The notes: generated by a model not told the origin, from the letters alone. 64,000 nucleotides of DNA from Planctomycetota bacterium (GCA_050248855.1 JBFWRP010000008.1:32001-96000), one strand, 5' to 3'; counted from the stretch's first letter, positions 43,855 through 55,315 are shown. Numbers and translations: made by a program.

Positions 43855-45813
43855 ATGACCACCGCCGCGACCACCCATCGCTTCGAGGCCGAGGTCCAAG
43901 AGCTCTTGGGGCTCGTCATCCACTCGCTCTACACGGAGCGCGAGATCTTCCTGCGCGAGCTCGTCTCCAACGCCAGCGACGCGCTTGACAAGCGTCGCAT
44001 CGAGGGCCTCACCGACCCGGCCATCGCCTTCGGCGACGAGGAACCCGCCATCCGCCTCGAGCCCGACCGCGAGAAGCACACCCTCGCGGTGATCGACAAC
44101 GGCATCGGCATGAGCCGCGCGGAGATGGTCGAGAACCTGGGCACGCTGGCCCGCTCGGGCACCCGCGCCTTCCTCGAGCGCCTGAAGGACGCCGGCAAGG
44201 ACGAGGCGGCCACGCTGATCGGCCGCTTCGGCGTGGGTTTCTACGCCTCCTTCATGGTGGCGGACGAGGTCACGGTCGTCTCCCGCCGCGCGGGCACCGA
44301 GGAGGCCTCGCGCTGGACAAGCAGGGCCGACGGCACCTTCACGGTGGAGGACGCCGCCCGCGACACCCCCGGCACCACGGTCACCTTGCACCTGAAGCCC
44401 AAGGACGCCGACGACGAGGACTTCGAGGACTTCGCCGACACGCACGTCTTGGAACGCATCATCCGCCGCCACAGCGATTTCGTCGAACACCCGATCCGCA
44501 TGGACGTCGAGCGCTGGTCGATCGAACGCGACGCCCAGGGCAAGCCCATCGAGGGCGGCGAGCGCAAGCGCATCACCGAGACGAAGACGCTCAATGCACG
44601 CACCCCGCTCTGGGCGCGCCCCAAGAGCGAGGTCACCGACGAGGCCTTGAAGGACTTCTACCGCCACGTCACGCGCGCGTTCGACGAACCGCTCGAGTCG
44701 ATCCAGGTCGCGGCCGACGTGCCCGTCGAGATCAAGGCGCTGCTCTTCATCCCCAGCGAGGCCCCCGCCACGTGGCAGGACCGGCCCGACCGCGCCTCCG
44801 AGCTGGCGCTCTACGTGCGGCGCGTGCTGATCATGCCCGCCTGCGAGGATCTGCTCCCCGTGTGGCTGCGCTTCGTGCGCGGCGTCGTCAGCAGCGACGA
44901 CCTGCCGCTCAACGTCTCGCGTCAGACGCTCCAGGCCCACCCCGTGGTGCGCCGCATGCGCAAGATGCTCACGGGCAAGGTCCTCTCGGCGCTCGAGAAG
45001 CTGCGCGACGACGACCGCCCGCGCTACGAGACCTTCTGGACGACGTTCGGGCCCGTCCTCAAGGAGGCCCTCTACGCCGGCGAGGACGACGACGGTCGCG
45101 TGGCCCGCCTGGTGCTGGTCAGGAGCTCGGCCCGCGAGGGCTGGCACACGCTCGACGAGCACGTCGAGAAGCTGCCCGAGGGCCAGCAGCAGCTCCTGTG
45201 GCTCTCGGGTGCCGAGGTCGAGACGCTGGCCCGCTCGCCGCATCTCGAAGCCGCGCGCAAGGCCGGCCGCGACGTGTTGCTGCTCGGCGACCCGATCGAC
45301 GAGTGGGTCGTCAACCGACTGCGCGACTGGAAGGACAAGCCCTTCCAGTCGCTCGCCCAGGGCGAGGCGCCCGTCGAGAGCGACGAGGCCAAGGCCAAGC
45401 GCAAGGAGCGCGAAGAGGCCGAGGGCGACTTCCTCGGCGCCGTGGCCAAGGTCCTGGAGGGCGAGGTCGCTGGCGTGCATCTCTCGTCGCGCCTGGCCGA
45501 GAGCCCCGTGGTGCTCGTGGCCGCCGAGGGCGCACCGGGGCCCACGATGGAGCGCATGCTCAAGCAGATGGGTCACGGCATGCCCGTGCCGCAGCGCACG
45601 CTCGAGCTCAACCCGGACCACCCGATCACCGTGCGACTCCGCACGTTGGCGCAGGAAGCCCCCGACGGCGAGGCCCTGAAGGACCTGTCGTTCCTCCTGC
45701 TCGAGCAGGCGCGCTTGGCCGAGGGCCTTGCACCCGAGGACCCGGTGGGGTTCGCAGCGCGCCTCGCGCGCGTGCTCGCTGCGAGCGGGGGGCCCACGTC
45801 CGTGGCAGAGTGA
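43855..45813 (+). CDS. htpG: molecular chaperone HtpG (Hsp90)
   Basis: HSLYTEREIFLRELVSNASDALDK, DNGIGM, NLGTLARSGT, IGRFGVGFY, DLPLNVSR, LELNPDHP. Confidence 0.96.
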   Translation: MTTAATTHRFEAEVQELLGLVIHSLYTEREIFLRELVSNASDALDKRRIEGLTDPAIAFGDEEPAIRLEPDREKHTLAVIDNGIGMSRAEMVENLGTLARSGTRAFLERLKDAGKDEAATLIGRFGVGFYASFMVADEVTVVSRRAGTEEASRWTSRADGTFTVEDAARDTPGTTVTLHLKPKDADDEDFEDFADTHVLERIIRRHSDFVEHPIRMDVERWSIERDAQGKPIEGGERKRITETKTLNARTPLWARPKSEVTDEALKDFYRHVTRAFDEPLESIQVAADVPVEIKALLFIPSEAPATWQDRPDRASELALYVRRVLIMPACEDLLPVWLRFVRGVVSSDDLPLNVSRQTLQAHPVVRRMRKMLTGKVLSALEKLRDDDRPRYETFWTTFGPVLKEALYAGEDDDGRVARLVLVRSSAREGWHTLDEHVEKLPEGQQQLLWLSGAEVETLARSPHLEAARKAGRDVLLLGDPIDEWVVNRLRDWKDKPFQSLAQGEAPVESDEAKAKRKEREEAEGDFLGAVAKVLEGEVAGVHLSSRLAESPVVLVAAEGAPGPTMERMLKQMGHGMPVPQRTLELNPDHPITVRLRTLAQEAPDGEALKDLSFLLLEQARLAEGLAPEDPVGFAARLARVLAASGGPTSVAE

Positions 45814-45817
45814 ACGC

Positions 45818-46741
45818 ATGGCGCGTGCCCTGGCCCCGTTCCTCGTGCTGCTCGTGCTCGTCGGTGGGGCCGCCGTATGGCTCGCGCTGTCACGCAGCAA
45901 GGACAGCCCGCGCGACGTGCTCGAGCCGCTAGCGGAGCGCGATGTGCTCCGCCGCTACCCGGGCGCGCGACTGCCGCCGGAGGGCGTCGCGTTCGGGCAG
46001 GAGATCTGGCTCAGCTACCGGCTGGACCGAGGCGAGGAGCTGCCCGGTTGGCGCACGGGGCGGACCCGCGAGGAGACCCTGGAGCTCGCCCGCACGCTCT
46101 ACGGGCAAGTACGCGCCGGCGCGGACCTCGGTGCGCTGGCGCGCACGCACAGCAACGCGCCGGGCGGACGCGCGCGGGGCTACGTGGCCTTGCCGCGCGA
46201 GGGCCAGCCGCTGGACAGCCGCGAGCGGGTTCTCCTGAACACGCATCCCGGCCAGCTGACGCCGCTCGTGGAGTGGAACAAGGGCTTCTGGTTCGCGCGC
46301 CGTGTGACGGTGGTCCAGGGCCAGGAGCTGCACCGTCTCTTCCAGCAGGAGCTGCGGCGCAGGGCCAAGGCGCGGGCAGTCGTCTTGGGCCACCAGGATG
46401 CGCGGCCGCATCGAGCCGACTTCGACGAGATTCCCCGCGGGTGGGCCTTGGCCAAGGCCCACGAGTTCCTCATGCGCGTGCAGAAGGGCGAGTCGTTTGC
46501 CGAGCTGGCCCCCACGTACAGCAACGACGCGTCCAAGAACCGCGGCGGCCTGCTCCACGCCACCAACCCGCGCGAGGGGGAGGACCCCGCGTGGCTGCAC
46601 TGGGGCGACGTCGGCTATCCCGACGACATGATGACCGTCATCCTCTACACCGGCCAGGTCGGCCGTGTGCACCCGCAGGTGCTCGACACCGCCCGCGGCG
46701 CTGTCGTCCTCGAGATCCTCGAACGCGAAGGCGACACGTAG
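45818..46741 (+). CDS. membrane-anchored parvulin/PpiC-like protein
   Basis: N-terminal TM helix; two rotamase-like segments GADLGALARTHS and GESFAELAPTYSND...GGLL. Confidence 0.65.
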   Translation: MARALAPFLVLLVLVGGAAVWLALSRSKDSPRDVLEPLAERDVLRRYPGARLPPEGVAFGQEIWLSYRLDRGEELPGWRTGRTREETLELARTLYGQVRAGADLGALARTHSNAPGGRARGYVALPREGQPLDSRERVLLNTHPGQLTPLVEWNKGFWFARRVTVVQGQELHRLFQQELRRRAKARAVVLGHQDARPHRADFDEIPRGWALAKAHEFLMRVQKGESFAELAPTYSNDASKNRGGLLHATNPREGEDPAWLHWGDVGYPDDMMTVILYTGQVGRVHPQVLDTARGAVVLEILEREGDT

Positions 46742-46762
46742 GGCCAGCGCGGAGGCGGTCCG

Positions 46763-46860
46763 GTACGGAGTCGGGTAAGATTCCACCCTCGGGCCGCCAA
46801 GCACTTCCGGCGGCGCCTGCCCGTTGCGGCCCGAAGGTCGAATCTCACGTGACTCCGTAC
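46763..46860. repeat. REPIN-like element family A, copy 10 (overlaps the 3' end of the methyltransferase gene)
   Basis: 98 bp; right arm variant CCCGAAGGTCGAATCTCACGTGACTCCGTAC. Confidence 0.9.
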
Positions 46861-47879
46861 CCGCTCTCCCGCAACCGCGGCAGCACCCGCCGCGCCGCAG
46901 CAAGCCCCGGCGCGGCGTCGACGACCTCCACCCCCTGCGGTCCCGCGCGATCGACGGTCGCGTGCACCAGGCGAATGCGGTCCAGCCCCTGGTCCTCCAG
47001 CAGCCGCAGCCACGCGCCGTAGCCCTTCGCGCCGACGAAGCGGCGCGCATGCACGGCCACCGGGTCGTCGGCCAACGGGGCGATCGCACGCCGTGATCCC
47101 GGGAAGGCCTGTTCCAGCAACGGACCCAATCCGCCCCAGACGTCGTCGCGGCCAAGCACCCACGTCACGATCGCGAGCCTGCCGTCCACGGTCATGTGGC
47201 GCGGCAGGTCGGGGACCAACGCGCGCAGCACGTCCAGTCCATCGGCACCCGCCGCGCTGTGCCAGGGCAGGTGGCCGCCCGCGGGCACGGGCTCGAAGGG
47301 CGGGTTCACGATCACCCGCGCGAACCGCTCGTGCTCGCCCAACGGCTCCACGAGCGAGCCCTGGCGCAGGTCCACGCGCGCGCTCACGCCTGCGAGCGCG
47401 GCGTTGGAGCGCGCGAACGCGAGCGCCCGCGGCGAGATGTCGGTCGCCACGACCTGGCCGCCCCGCGCCGCGGCCGCGATCGACAACACGCCGCTGCCCA
47501 CGCACGGCTCGAACACCGTCGCGCCGTCGGGCACGTCGAGCAGCGCCAACGTGTAGGCCTGCTCGAGCATCAGCGGGAACACCTGGTCGGTGGCCTCGCG
47601 CTCGGGACGGTCCGTGGCCAGGAGGCGCCCGTCCACGACGTCGAGCCGCACGGTGGCGCGCAGCGGGCCCACGCCCCGGCGCACGAGCCGCGCGCGCTTC
47701 AGCACGCGGATCGCACCGCGCGGCAAGCGGCCGCGCGGCACCGCGTCTCCGTCGCTGAACAGCGCCTCGAACGCGTCGCCGGCTTGCGCCTGCAGCGCGG
47801 CGAGCGCTTGGAGCACGGCCGGCGCCAGCTCGGGCGTGATGCGCGGAGGGGCCGGCCGGCCGAGCGCGCTCCGGCTCAC
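46845..47879 (-). CDS. SAM-dependent methyltransferase (NPPF, HemK/PrmC-like)
   Basis: FEPCVGSG, ATDISPRALAFARSNA, IVNPPF; GTGA overlap with the DJ-1 gene. Confidence 0.8.
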   Translation of the reverse strand: MSRSALGRPAPPRITPELAPAVLQALAALQAQAGDAFEALFSDGDAVPRGRLPRGAIRVLKRARLVRRGVGPLRATVRLDVVDGRLLATDRPEREATDQVFPLMLEQAYTLALLDVPDGATVFEPCVGSGVLSIAAAARGGQVVATDISPRALAFARSNAALAGVSARVDLRQGSLVEPLGEHERFARVIVNPPFEPVPAGGHLPWHSAAGADGLDVLRALVPDLPRHMTVDGRLAIVTWVLGRDDVWGGLGPLLEQAFPGSRRAIAPLADDPVAVHARRFVGAKGYGAWLRLLEDQGLDRIRLVHATVDRAGPQGVEVVDAAPGLAAARRVLPRLRESGYGVT

Positions 47880-48508
47880 GCCCGCGGCTGCCACGTCCCG
47901 GTCGCGAACGGATCGCGCCGCGGGTCGGCGCACCAGTCGTGCTCCAGCGAGCGGGCCACGTTCGCGCCGACGTCGGGCGCGGTGATCGCGGTGAGCTCCG
48001 CCAGGGCCATGTCCAGACCCGCGGCGGGCCCGGCGGCCGTCACGAACGGCCCGTCCACGACCCAGCGGGCCTGGGCCCGCCAGCGCACGGCCGGACGCAG
48101 CTCCTGGGCCCAGGCCAGCGCGCGCGTGGCCGTCGTCGCATGACGGCCGTCAAGCACCCCCGCGGCCGCAAGCCACGCCGACCCCGTGCCCACGGCGAGC
48201 ACGCGCTCGGAGGCCTCCACGCGCGCGGCCAGCCACGCCAGGCCCGCCTTGTCCTCGACGCGGGCACGGAGGCCGGTGCCGCCCGGCACGAGCAGCCACT
48301 CGGTGGGGGGCGCCTCTTCGAACGACGCGGTGGCCACGAGCTGGGCGCCCTGCGACGTCTCGACGGGCCCCGCCTCGGGCGCCAGGAGCACCGGCTCGAA
48401 CACGTTCTTGAGCGAGCCGAGCGCGGCGAGGGGACCGGCCACGTCGAGCAAGCCCACGCCGGGGTAGAGCAGCACCGCGACGTGCCTCAGGTCGGGCCAG
48501 TCGAGCAC
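47876..48508 (-). CDS. DJ-1/PfpI family protein
   Basis: LLDVAGP, LLVPGGTG, LAAAGVLDGRHATT, RWVVDGPFVTAAG; the usual nucleophile Cys position reads AVGTG. Confidence 0.82.
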   Translation of the reverse strand: MLDWPDLRHVAVLLYPGVGLLDVAGPLAALGSLKNVFEPVLLAPEAGPVETSQGAQLVATASFEEAPPTEWLLVPGGTGLRARVEDKAGLAWLAARVEASERVLAVGTGSAWLAAAGVLDGRHATTATRALAWAQELRPAVRWRAQARWVVDGPFVTAAGPAAGLDMALAELTAITAPDVGANVARSLEHDWCADPRRDPFATGTWQPRA

Positions 48509-48954
48509 GTTCGTGGACCTCCCGCCGACCGCTCGGCGAGGCGGAGGATACCGGAGCCTTCCGGTCTCCGGTCGGGCCCGCGCCAGCGTCCGTACACCCC
48601 CCCGCGCGACCTCGGACCGAGTCCGCAGCGGGCCCGGCGGAGAGGCGGGGCGCCGGCCTTGACGGATCCGGGCACTGGACGCCGCGCTGCGGGTCGCCAG
48701 GGCGAAGGTAGCGCGCGCTCGCCTTCCGCAGCCTGTGCGGCTCGGCTGCCGTGCCTCCGGCACCGGCGACCAGGATCGGCGACGACTCGTGGTCGGTTCA
48801 CTCGAGGAGCCGATGGGGGTGCGCGACCGAGCATCGGGCGGGCCGCCTGCTCGCAGCCCAGGACGCGTGCGCACGCACGCTCGTGCGTGCCTACGGGGTC
48901 GGGGTAGAGGCTCGTAGACTCCCGTTTCGTCGTCCTCCCCGGGAGTCCGTCCCC

Positions 48955-49650
48955 ATGAAGTGGCTGCTGCGAGGCCTCTCGTCCTCGGTCGGCACGAAGC
49001 AGGTGATGGCCCTGACGGGCGTCGGCCTCCTGGGCTTCGTCTTGGTCCACATGCTCGGCAACCTGCAGGTGTTCCTGGGGCAGGAGGCCTACAACGCCTA
49101 CGCCGCCAAGCTGAAGTCCCTGGGCGGCCTGCTCTGGGTGGCCCGCGGCGGCCTGTTGGCGCTGTTCGTGGCCCACATCGCCTGCGCCATCAAGCTGACG
49201 CTCCGCAACAAGGCCGCCCGCCCTGTGCCGTACGCCGTGAGCGAGCCCCTGGCCTCCACGATGGCCTCGCGCTCGATGGTCCTTTCGGGCCTCGTGATCC
49301 TGGCCTTCGTGGTCTACCACCTCCTGCACTTCACGCTGGGCGTCACCGACCCCGAGGCGTTCCAGCTCACCGACGTGCTCGGCCGGCACGACGTCTACTC
49401 GATGTTCGTCCTGGGCTTCCAGAAGGCCCCCGTGGCGATCGCCTACGTGATCGCCATGCTGTGCCTCGGGTTGCACCTGGCCCACGGCATCCAGAGCCTC
49501 TTCCAGACGCTCGGCTGGAACGGGCCGCGTTACCGCCCGCTCACCAAGGCCATCGGCCTGGGCCTCACGGGCCTCATCGTGGCGGGCAACGTGGCCATGC
49601 CGCTGGCCGTCCTCTTCGGCGTCATCCGCCTTCCCGGCGCAGGAGCCTGA
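48955..49650 (+). CDS. sdhC: succinate dehydrogenase cytochrome b subunit (b558 family)
   Basis: [34 protein letters not shown]. Confidence 0.93.
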   Translation: MKWLLRGLSSSVGTKQVMALTGVGLLGFVLVHMLGNLQVFLGQEAYNAYAAKLKSLGGLLWVARGGLLALFVAHIACAIKLTLRNKAARPVPYAVSEPLASTMASRSMVLSGLVILAFVVYHLLHFTLGVTDPEAFQLTDVLGRHDVYSMFVLGFQKAPVAIAYVIAMLCLGLHLAHGIQSLFQTLGWNGPRYRPLTKAIGLGLTGLIVAGNVAMPLAVLFGVIRLPGAGA

Positions 49651-49651
49651 C

Positions 49652-51565
49652 ATGCAGCTTCACGCCAACGTCCCGGCCGGGCCGCTCGAAGCGAAGTGGG
49701 ACCGCCACCGCGCCGAGATGAAGCTCGTCAACCCGGCGAACAAGCGCAAGTTCCACGTCATCGTGGTGGGCACGGGCCTCGCCGGTGCGTCGGCGGCCGC
49801 CTCGCTCGCCGAGCTCGGCTACCACGTGGACGCGTTCTGCTTCCAGGACAGTCCACGCCGCGCGCACAGCATCGCGGCGCAAGGTGGCATCAACGCCGCC
49901 AAGAACTACCCCAACGACGGCGACAGCATCTGGCGCCTGTTCTACGACACGATCAAGGGCGGCGACTACCGCAGCCGCGAGGCCAACGTCTACCGCCTCG
50001 CGCAGGTGAGCAACTTGATCATCGACCAGTGCGTGGCCCAGGGCGTGCCGTTCGCCCGCGAGTACGGGGGCCTCCTCACCAACCGCAGCTTCGGCGGCGC
50101 GCAGGTGAGCCGCACCTTCTACGCACGCGGCCAGACCGGCCAGCAGCTGCTGCTGGGCGCCTACCAGGCGCTGTCGCGGCAGATCGAGCTCGGCGGCGTG
50201 CGCATGCACGCCCGGACGGAGATGCTGGACGTCGTCGTCGACAAGGGCCGTGCGGTCGGCATCGTGGTGCGCGACCTCGTCACGGGCGAGATCCGCAGCC
50301 ACGCATCCGACGCGGTGGTGCTGGCCACCGGCGGCTACGGCAACGCCTACTTCCTCTCCACCAACGCCAAGGGTTGCAACGTCACGGCCACCTACCGCGC
50401 CTTCAAGCGCGGGGCCGGCTTTGCCAACCCCTGCTTCACGCAGATCCACCCCACGTGCATCCCCGTCAGCGGCGATTACCAGAGCAAGCTCACGCTGATG
50501 AGCGAGTCGCTACGCAACGACGGTCGCGTGTGGGTGCCCGTGAAGGCCGGGGACCACCGACGCGCCGCCGAGATCCCCGAGAACGAGCGCGACTACTACC
50601 TCGAGCGCCGCTACCCGAGCTTTGGCAACCTCGTGCCGCGCGACGTGGCCAGCCGCGCCGCCAAGCGGGTCTGCGACGAGGGCCGCGGTGTGGGCCCCGG
50701 CGGCAAGGGCGTGTTCCTCGACTTCCGGGATGCGATCCAGCGCCTGGGCCGGGAAGGAGTCGCCCAGCGTTACGGCAATCTCTTCCACATGTACGAGAAG
50801 ATCACCGACGAGAACCCCTACGAAGTGCCCATGCGCATCTACCCGGCGGTCCACTACACGATGGGCGGGCTCTGGGTGGACTACAACCTCATGAGCAACC
50901 TGCCGGGCTTGCACGTGATCGGGGAGGCCAACTTCAGCGACCACGGAGCCAACCGCCTGGGGGCGAGCGCCCTCATGCAGGGTCTGGCCGACGGCTACTT
51001 CGTGCTGCCCTACACGATCGGCCACTTCCTCGCCACGGCCGGTCCCTCGGGCGCCAAGGCCGACGGCATCGCCTTCCAGCAGACCGAGGGCCAGGTGCGC
51101 GAGCGCATCGACCGCCTGATGAAGATCGGCGGCAAGCGTTCGCCGGACAGCTTCCACCGCGAGCTGGGTCACGTCATGTGGGACAACTGCGGCATGTCCC
51201 GCACGAAGGAGGGCCTCGAGACGGCGATCCGGAAGATCCCCGAGATCCGCGAGCAGTTCTGGAACGACCTCGCGATCCCCGGCAGCCCCGGTCGCTTCAA
51301 CCAGTCGCTCGAGAAGGCCGGCCGCGTGGCCGACTTCCTCGAGTTCGGCGAGCTGATGTGCCGCGATGCGCTGGCCCGCGAGGAGTCCTGCGGCGGCCAC
51401 TTCCGCGAGGAGTACCAGACGCCCGAAGGCGAGGCCGTCCGCGACGACGAGCACTTCGCCCACGCGGCCGTCTGGGAGTACCAGGGCGAGGGCAAGACCC
51501 CCGTGCGCCACACCGAGAACCTGACCTTCGAGCGCGTCTCGCTCACCACGCGGAGCTACAAGTGA
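49652..51565 (+). CDS. sdhA: succinate dehydrogenase/fumarate reductase flavoprotein
   Basis: [50 protein letters not shown]. Confidence 0.97.
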   Translation: MQLHANVPAGPLEAKWDRHRAEMKLVNPANKRKFHVIVVGTGLAGASAAASLAELGYHVDAFCFQDSPRRAHSIAAQGGINAAKNYPNDGDSIWRLFYDTIKGGDYRSREANVYRLAQVSNLIIDQCVAQGVPFAREYGGLLTNRSFGGAQVSRTFYARGQTGQQLLLGAYQALSRQIELGGVRMHARTEMLDVVVDKGRAVGIVVRDLVTGEIRSHASDAVVLATGGYGNAYFLSTNAKGCNVTATYRAFKRGAGFANPCFTQIHPTCIPVSGDYQSKLTLMSESLRNDGRVWVPVKAGDHRRAAEIPENERDYYLERRYPSFGNLVPRDVASRAAKRVCDEGRGVGPGGKGVFLDFRDAIQRLGREGVAQRYGNLFHMYEKITDENPYEVPMRIYPAVHYTMGGLWVDYNLMSNLPGLHVIGEANFSDHGANRLGASALMQGLADGYFVLPYTIGHFLATAGPSGAKADGIAFQQTEGQVRERIDRLMKIGGKRSPDSFHRELGHVMWDNCGMSRTKEGLETAIRKIPEIREQFWNDLAIPGSPGRFNQSLEKAGRVADFLEFGELMCRDALAREESCGGHFREEYQTPEGEAVRDDEHFAHAAVWEYQGEGKTPVRHTENLTFERVSLTTRSYK

Positions 51566-52344
51566 TGGCTGGTTCCGGCGCTTCCACGACCCTTCGCCTG
51601 ACCCTCAAGATCTGGCGCCAGCGCGCCGGCGAAAGCGAGGGGCGCTTCGAGTCCTACGACGTGGACGGCATCAGCACGGACATGTCCTTCCTCGAGATGC
51701 TCGACGTGCTCAACGAGAGGCTCCTGGCCGAAGGCAAGGAGCCCGTCGCGTTCGACCACGACTGCCGCGAGGGCATCTGCGGCATGTGCAGCCTCGTCAT
51801 CGACGGCCGCACGCACGGCCCCGACCGCGGCACCACCACCTGCCAGCTGCACATGCGCCGCTTCCAGGACGGCGCCACGATCACGATCGAGCCCTGGCGC
51901 GCCGCGGCCTTCCCCGTGATCCAGGACCTGGTCACCGACCGCACGTCCTTCGACCGCATCGTGCAGGCCGGTGGCTACGTGTCGGTCAACACGGGGGGGG
52001 CGCCGGACGCCAACCTGATCCCCATCCCCAAGGTCGAGGCGGACGTCGCCATGGACGCCGCGGCCTGCATCGGCTGCGGTGCCTGCGTCGCCGCGTGCAA
52101 GAACGCCAGCGCCATGCTCTTCGTGGCCGCCAAGGTCGGCCACCTGCGCCACCTGCCCCAGGGCCAGACCGAGCAGAAGCGCCGCGCCGAGGCGATGGTC
52201 GCGCGCATGGACGCCGAGGGCTTCGGCTCCTGCACCAACACCTACGACTGCGAAGCGGCCTGCCCCAAGGAGATCTCCGTCTCCTTCATCGCCGAGCTCA
52301 ACCGCGACGTCCGCAAGGCCGTCCTCTCCAGCCGCGGCAAGTAG
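51565..52344 (+). CDS. sdhB: succinate dehydrogenase/fumarate reductase iron-sulfur subunit
   Basis: [33 protein letters not shown]. Confidence 0.96.
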   Translation: MAGSGASTTLRLTLKIWRQRAGESEGRFESYDVDGISTDMSFLEMLDVLNERLLAEGKEPVAFDHDCREGICGMCSLVIDGRTHGPDRGTTTCQLHMRRFQDGATITIEPWRAAAFPVIQDLVTDRTSFDRIVQAGGYVSVNTGGAPDANLIPIPKVEADVAMDAAACIGCGACVAACKNASAMLFVAAKVGHLRHLPQGQTEQKRRAEAMVARMDAEGFGSCTNTYDCEAACPKEISVSFIAELNRDVRKAVLSSRGK

Positions 52345-52386
52345 CGCGCGCTGCGGCGCCACCGCGAGCTTGGCACTTTTGCGCGC

Positions 52387-53151
52387 CTACGTCACCACGC
52401 GGAACTGCGATTTGGCCTGCTGGCGTCCGTAGGCGCCGGTGATGTCCATCATGGGACCGCGCTCGCCCTTGCCGTGCTTCGCGAGCCACGCCTGGCCGCG
52501 GTCGAAGAAGGCACCGAACTGGGCGTCGTCCATCTCCTTGGCGAAGAAGGTGTCGCGGCGCACGGGAATCATGCGGCACAGTGGATCACCCCGCGAGATC
52601 ACCACCCGCTCCGCGTTCTCGTCCATCTCCAGAACGCAGTGCCAGGCGTAGCTGGCCGGATACCAATCCGACTCCACCAGCGCCGGCAATACGCGGAAGG
52701 GACGCGGCAGGTGGGGGATGTCGGTGAACAGCAACACCTCGCCCGGGTCCGTGGCCAGGTACAGGAACGTGCTCACCTTCATCTGCCGCCGCAGCTTGGG
52801 CGCCACCTCGGGTGTGATCACGTGGGGGAGGGTCTGGTTCTCGTCCCAGCCCCAGGCGGCTTCCTGCTCCTGCGGCGGCCCGTCCTCGGCCGCCTCGTCG
52901 TCGTCGACGTCGGGCGGGCTCCACGTCCAGTCGGCTACCAAGGCCCCACCGCGCTCCACGACCCAGCGCCCCTCGTCGTCCTTCACGAGCTCGAGATCCA
53001 CGCTGGCCAGCACGTCGAAGCCATACGCGTTGGCCGCGCGCACGGGCGGGCACTGTTCGGGCCAGCCCTTGCCGCCGTCGCGCCTGACGTACGCCTCCGA
53101 GGCCGGGACGGGATGCAGGACGTCCTCCGAGAAGCGTCGGTAGTGCAGCAC
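52387..53151 (-). CDS. hypothetical protein (DUF6065-like)
   Basis: CPPVRAANAYGFDV, LVESDWYP, GDPLCRMIPV resemble DUF6065; family call is tentative. Confidence 0.6.
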   Translation of the reverse strand: MLHYRRFSEDVLHPVPASEAYVRRDGGKGWPEQCPPVRAANAYGFDVLASVDLELVKDDEGRWVVERGGALVADWTWSPPDVDDDEAAEDGPPQEQEAAWGWDENQTLPHVITPEVAPKLRRQMKVSTFLYLATDPGEVLLFTDIPHLPRPFRVLPALVESDWYPASYAWHCVLEMDENAERVVISRGDPLCRMIPVRRDTFFAKEMDDAQFGAFFDRGQAWLAKHGKGERGPMMDITGAYGRQQAKSQFRVVT

Positions 53152-53209
53152 GGGGAGCTCTCCGCGGGACGGCGCGGAAGTCTACGCCCCGTCGCCTGCC
53201 AGGGGGCCC

Positions 53210-54868
53210 CTACGGCCCCAGGGCCGGTCCGTGCTCGGCCACGATCCGCCCGACCCGCCGTACCGACCACGAGATGCGCTTCCAGTGGTCCAAGAGGTCG
53301 CTCTCCAACCGGTACGTGGCCAGCCGCTGGGGTGCGTCGGCGATGAGGCGCCGGCCCAGGCGACGCGAGAGGGCATCGGTCAGGCTGTAGGTCTGATCCT
53401 TGCTGGCCACGATGGCCTCGGCCCGCGCGACGTCCAGCGTCTCCAGGCACGCGGCGGCCTCGTCGAGCTGATGGACGATGTCCTTCGCGATCTCCTCGAA
53501 GGCCATGAGGGTCTCCGGGTTCAGCTCGAGTCCCTGCTCGCGGCGCTCCTGACCCACGAGCCCCATGCTGACCAGCAGCGTGTCCACGATGCTCTCGACG
53601 TGGTCGGCCGCCTGCATGAGCGAGGCCAGGGCCTCGGCGTCCTTGCTGGACAGGTCCCGGCGCGAGAGGTCCGCGAGGTAGGCCAGGATCGCTTCGTGGA
53701 CGCGGCGTGGCGTAGCGGCCTGGGCCGCCCAGGCCTGCGCCACCCGCGTGCTCCCCTCGCCGATCACGCGCATGGCGCCCGTCAGCATGGGCCGCACGAG
53801 CGTGGAGAGTCGTACGATCTCACGGCGCACCTGCTGCAAGGCCGTATGGGGGGCCGACAGGTAGAGCCGGTCCAGGTGCGAAGCCTTCTCCGTCTCGTCG
53901 GCATGCGCCACCTTGGGCGTGGGGGCCAGCCTCTCCGCCGCCCGTGCGACCCAGCTGGCGAACGGCAGAAGCAGGATCGTCGTCGACAGGTTGAAGAGCG
54001 TGTGGACGTGCGCCACCTGACGCGGCACGTCGTGCGGGGCGAGGGCCTTGGCCTCGGAAGTCAGCACGCCGAGCAGGGGCAACCACACGATCACACCCAA
54101 CAGGTTGAACATCGCGTGGACCCACGCCACTTGCCGGGCCACCACGGGGCGCCCGAGCGTGGCCAGCCAAGCCGTCACGCACGTTCCGATGTTGGCGCCC
54201 AGCACGAGGGCTCCGCCCGCCCTGAGATCGATCAGGCCTTGCCCGGCCAGGATGATCACGATGCCCGTGGTGGCGCTGCTGCTCAGGACCAGGGCCGTGA
54301 ACGCTGCACCCATCAACACGCCGAGAACCGGGTTGTGCGCGGTCTGAAGGGCCTGCTGCAGCCACGGCGCCGAGCGAAGGGGCTGCATGGCCTGGCCCAT
54401 CAAGTCCATGCCGAGGAACACGAGCCCCAGGCCCAGCACCGCGTGGCCTGCCCGCTCGACGAGGTCCTTGCGCGCCGCGACCTGCATCCCGAAGCCGATC
54501 GCCACGAACAGCACGGCGTACTTCGCCACCGGGAACGCGATCACCTGTGCGGTGACCGTCGTGCCGATGTTGGCGCCCAGGATGATCCCGACGGACTGCA
54601 CCAGCGTCAGTACGCCTGCCGACACCAGGCCCACCACGACCACCGTCGTGATGCTGGAGGACTGGACCACCATCGTGGTCACGGCCCCCGTCACCATGCT
54701 CGTGAAGCGGTTCTTCGTGAGCCGGCCGAGCTGCTTGCTCATGCCGCGGCTGGCCAGGGCCTCGAACGCCGACGTCACCCGTCGCATCCCGTACAGGAAC
54801 AACGCCAGCCCCCCGACCAACCCGATCAGGGCGTCCACGACGACGGCAGCGAGCGGCAGCACCGGCAC
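53210..54868 (-). CDS. Na/Pi cotransporter family protein with PhoU-like C-terminus
   Basis: GGLALFLYGM, VQSSSITT, GANIGTT and second repeat LSSSATT / GANIGTC; start uncertain (54838-54868). Confidence 0.9.
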   Translation of the reverse strand: MPVLPLAAVVVDALIGLVGGLALFLYGMRRVTSAFEALASRGMSKQLGRLTKNRFTSMVTGAVTTMVVQSSSITTVVVVGLVSAGVLTLVQSVGIILGANIGTTVTAQVIAFPVAKYAVLFVAIGFGMQVAARKDLVERAGHAVLGLGLVFLGMDLMGQAMQPLRSAPWLQQALQTAHNPVLGVLMGAAFTALVLSSSATTGIVIILAGQGLIDLRAGGALVLGANIGTCVTAWLATLGRPVVARQVAWVHAMFNLLGVIVWLPLLGVLTSEAKALAPHDVPRQVAHVHTLFNLSTTILLLPFASWVARAAERLAPTPKVAHADETEKASHLDRLYLSAPHTALQQVRREIVRLSTLVRPMLTGAMRVIGEGSTRVAQAWAAQAATPRRVHEAILAYLADLSRRDLSSKDAEALASLMQAADHVESIVDTLLVSMGLVGQERREQGLELNPETLMAFEEIAKDIVHQLDEAAACLETLDVARAEAIVASKDQTYSLTDALSRRLGRRLIADAPQRLATYRLESDLLDHWKRISWSVRRVGRIVAEHGPALGP

Positions 54869-54953
54869 GCGGGCATCTTGCCGCCTGCGGCGCCCACCCG
54901 TGCGTGATTCGCGGTAGGGGGGAGCGTCGCACTCCGGGTTCACTCCCCCCCGC

Positions 54954-55051
54954 GCGCGAGCGACCCCGGATGTGTCAGGACCCTTGCTGCGGCGCCGCGA
55001 GGCGGCAACGCGGGCAAGGTGCCTGACACGCAGGGGGCGCGGTTCGTCGGC
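54954..55051. repeat. hairpin repeat family C, copy 2 (opposite orientation)
   Basis: GTGTCAGGACCCTTGC...GCAAGGTGCCTGACAC with flanks matching 35979-36075. Confidence 0.85.
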
Positions 55052-55147
55052 CAGTGGGCGCCGCGCAGTCGAAACCGTCCTGGCCTCCCGGCTTGGCGTG
55101 CTCAGTGCCTCTTCTCTTGGAGCGGGCGCCGCAGGAATCGAGACGCG

Positions 55148-55245
55148 GTACGGAGGCGGGGAAATGTTCCGCAACTTGCCGAAGGGCCGTTCCGCGGGCG
55201 AAAGAGCAGGGCGGCAAGTCGCGGAACAGATCCCCGCCACCTGGG
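55148..55245. repeat. REPIN-like element family B, copy 2
   Basis: GTACGGAGGCGGGGAAATGTTCCGCAACTTGCCG ... CGGCAAGTCGCGGAACAGATCCCCGCC; about 98 bp, right terminus degenerate. Confidence 0.72.
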
Positions 55246-55315
55246 GCGCTCTCCGCCGCCCGGCGAACACCAGTCCGCGCCTTCCGCCCCGCGCCTCCAC
55301 GGCTACCCTCCTCCC

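Noticed and set aside
48510..48954. Long intergenic region upstream of sdhC as a possible ncRNA
   Set aside because: Only generic GC-rich pairing; no recognisable riboswitch or RNA motif. Probably divergent promoters.
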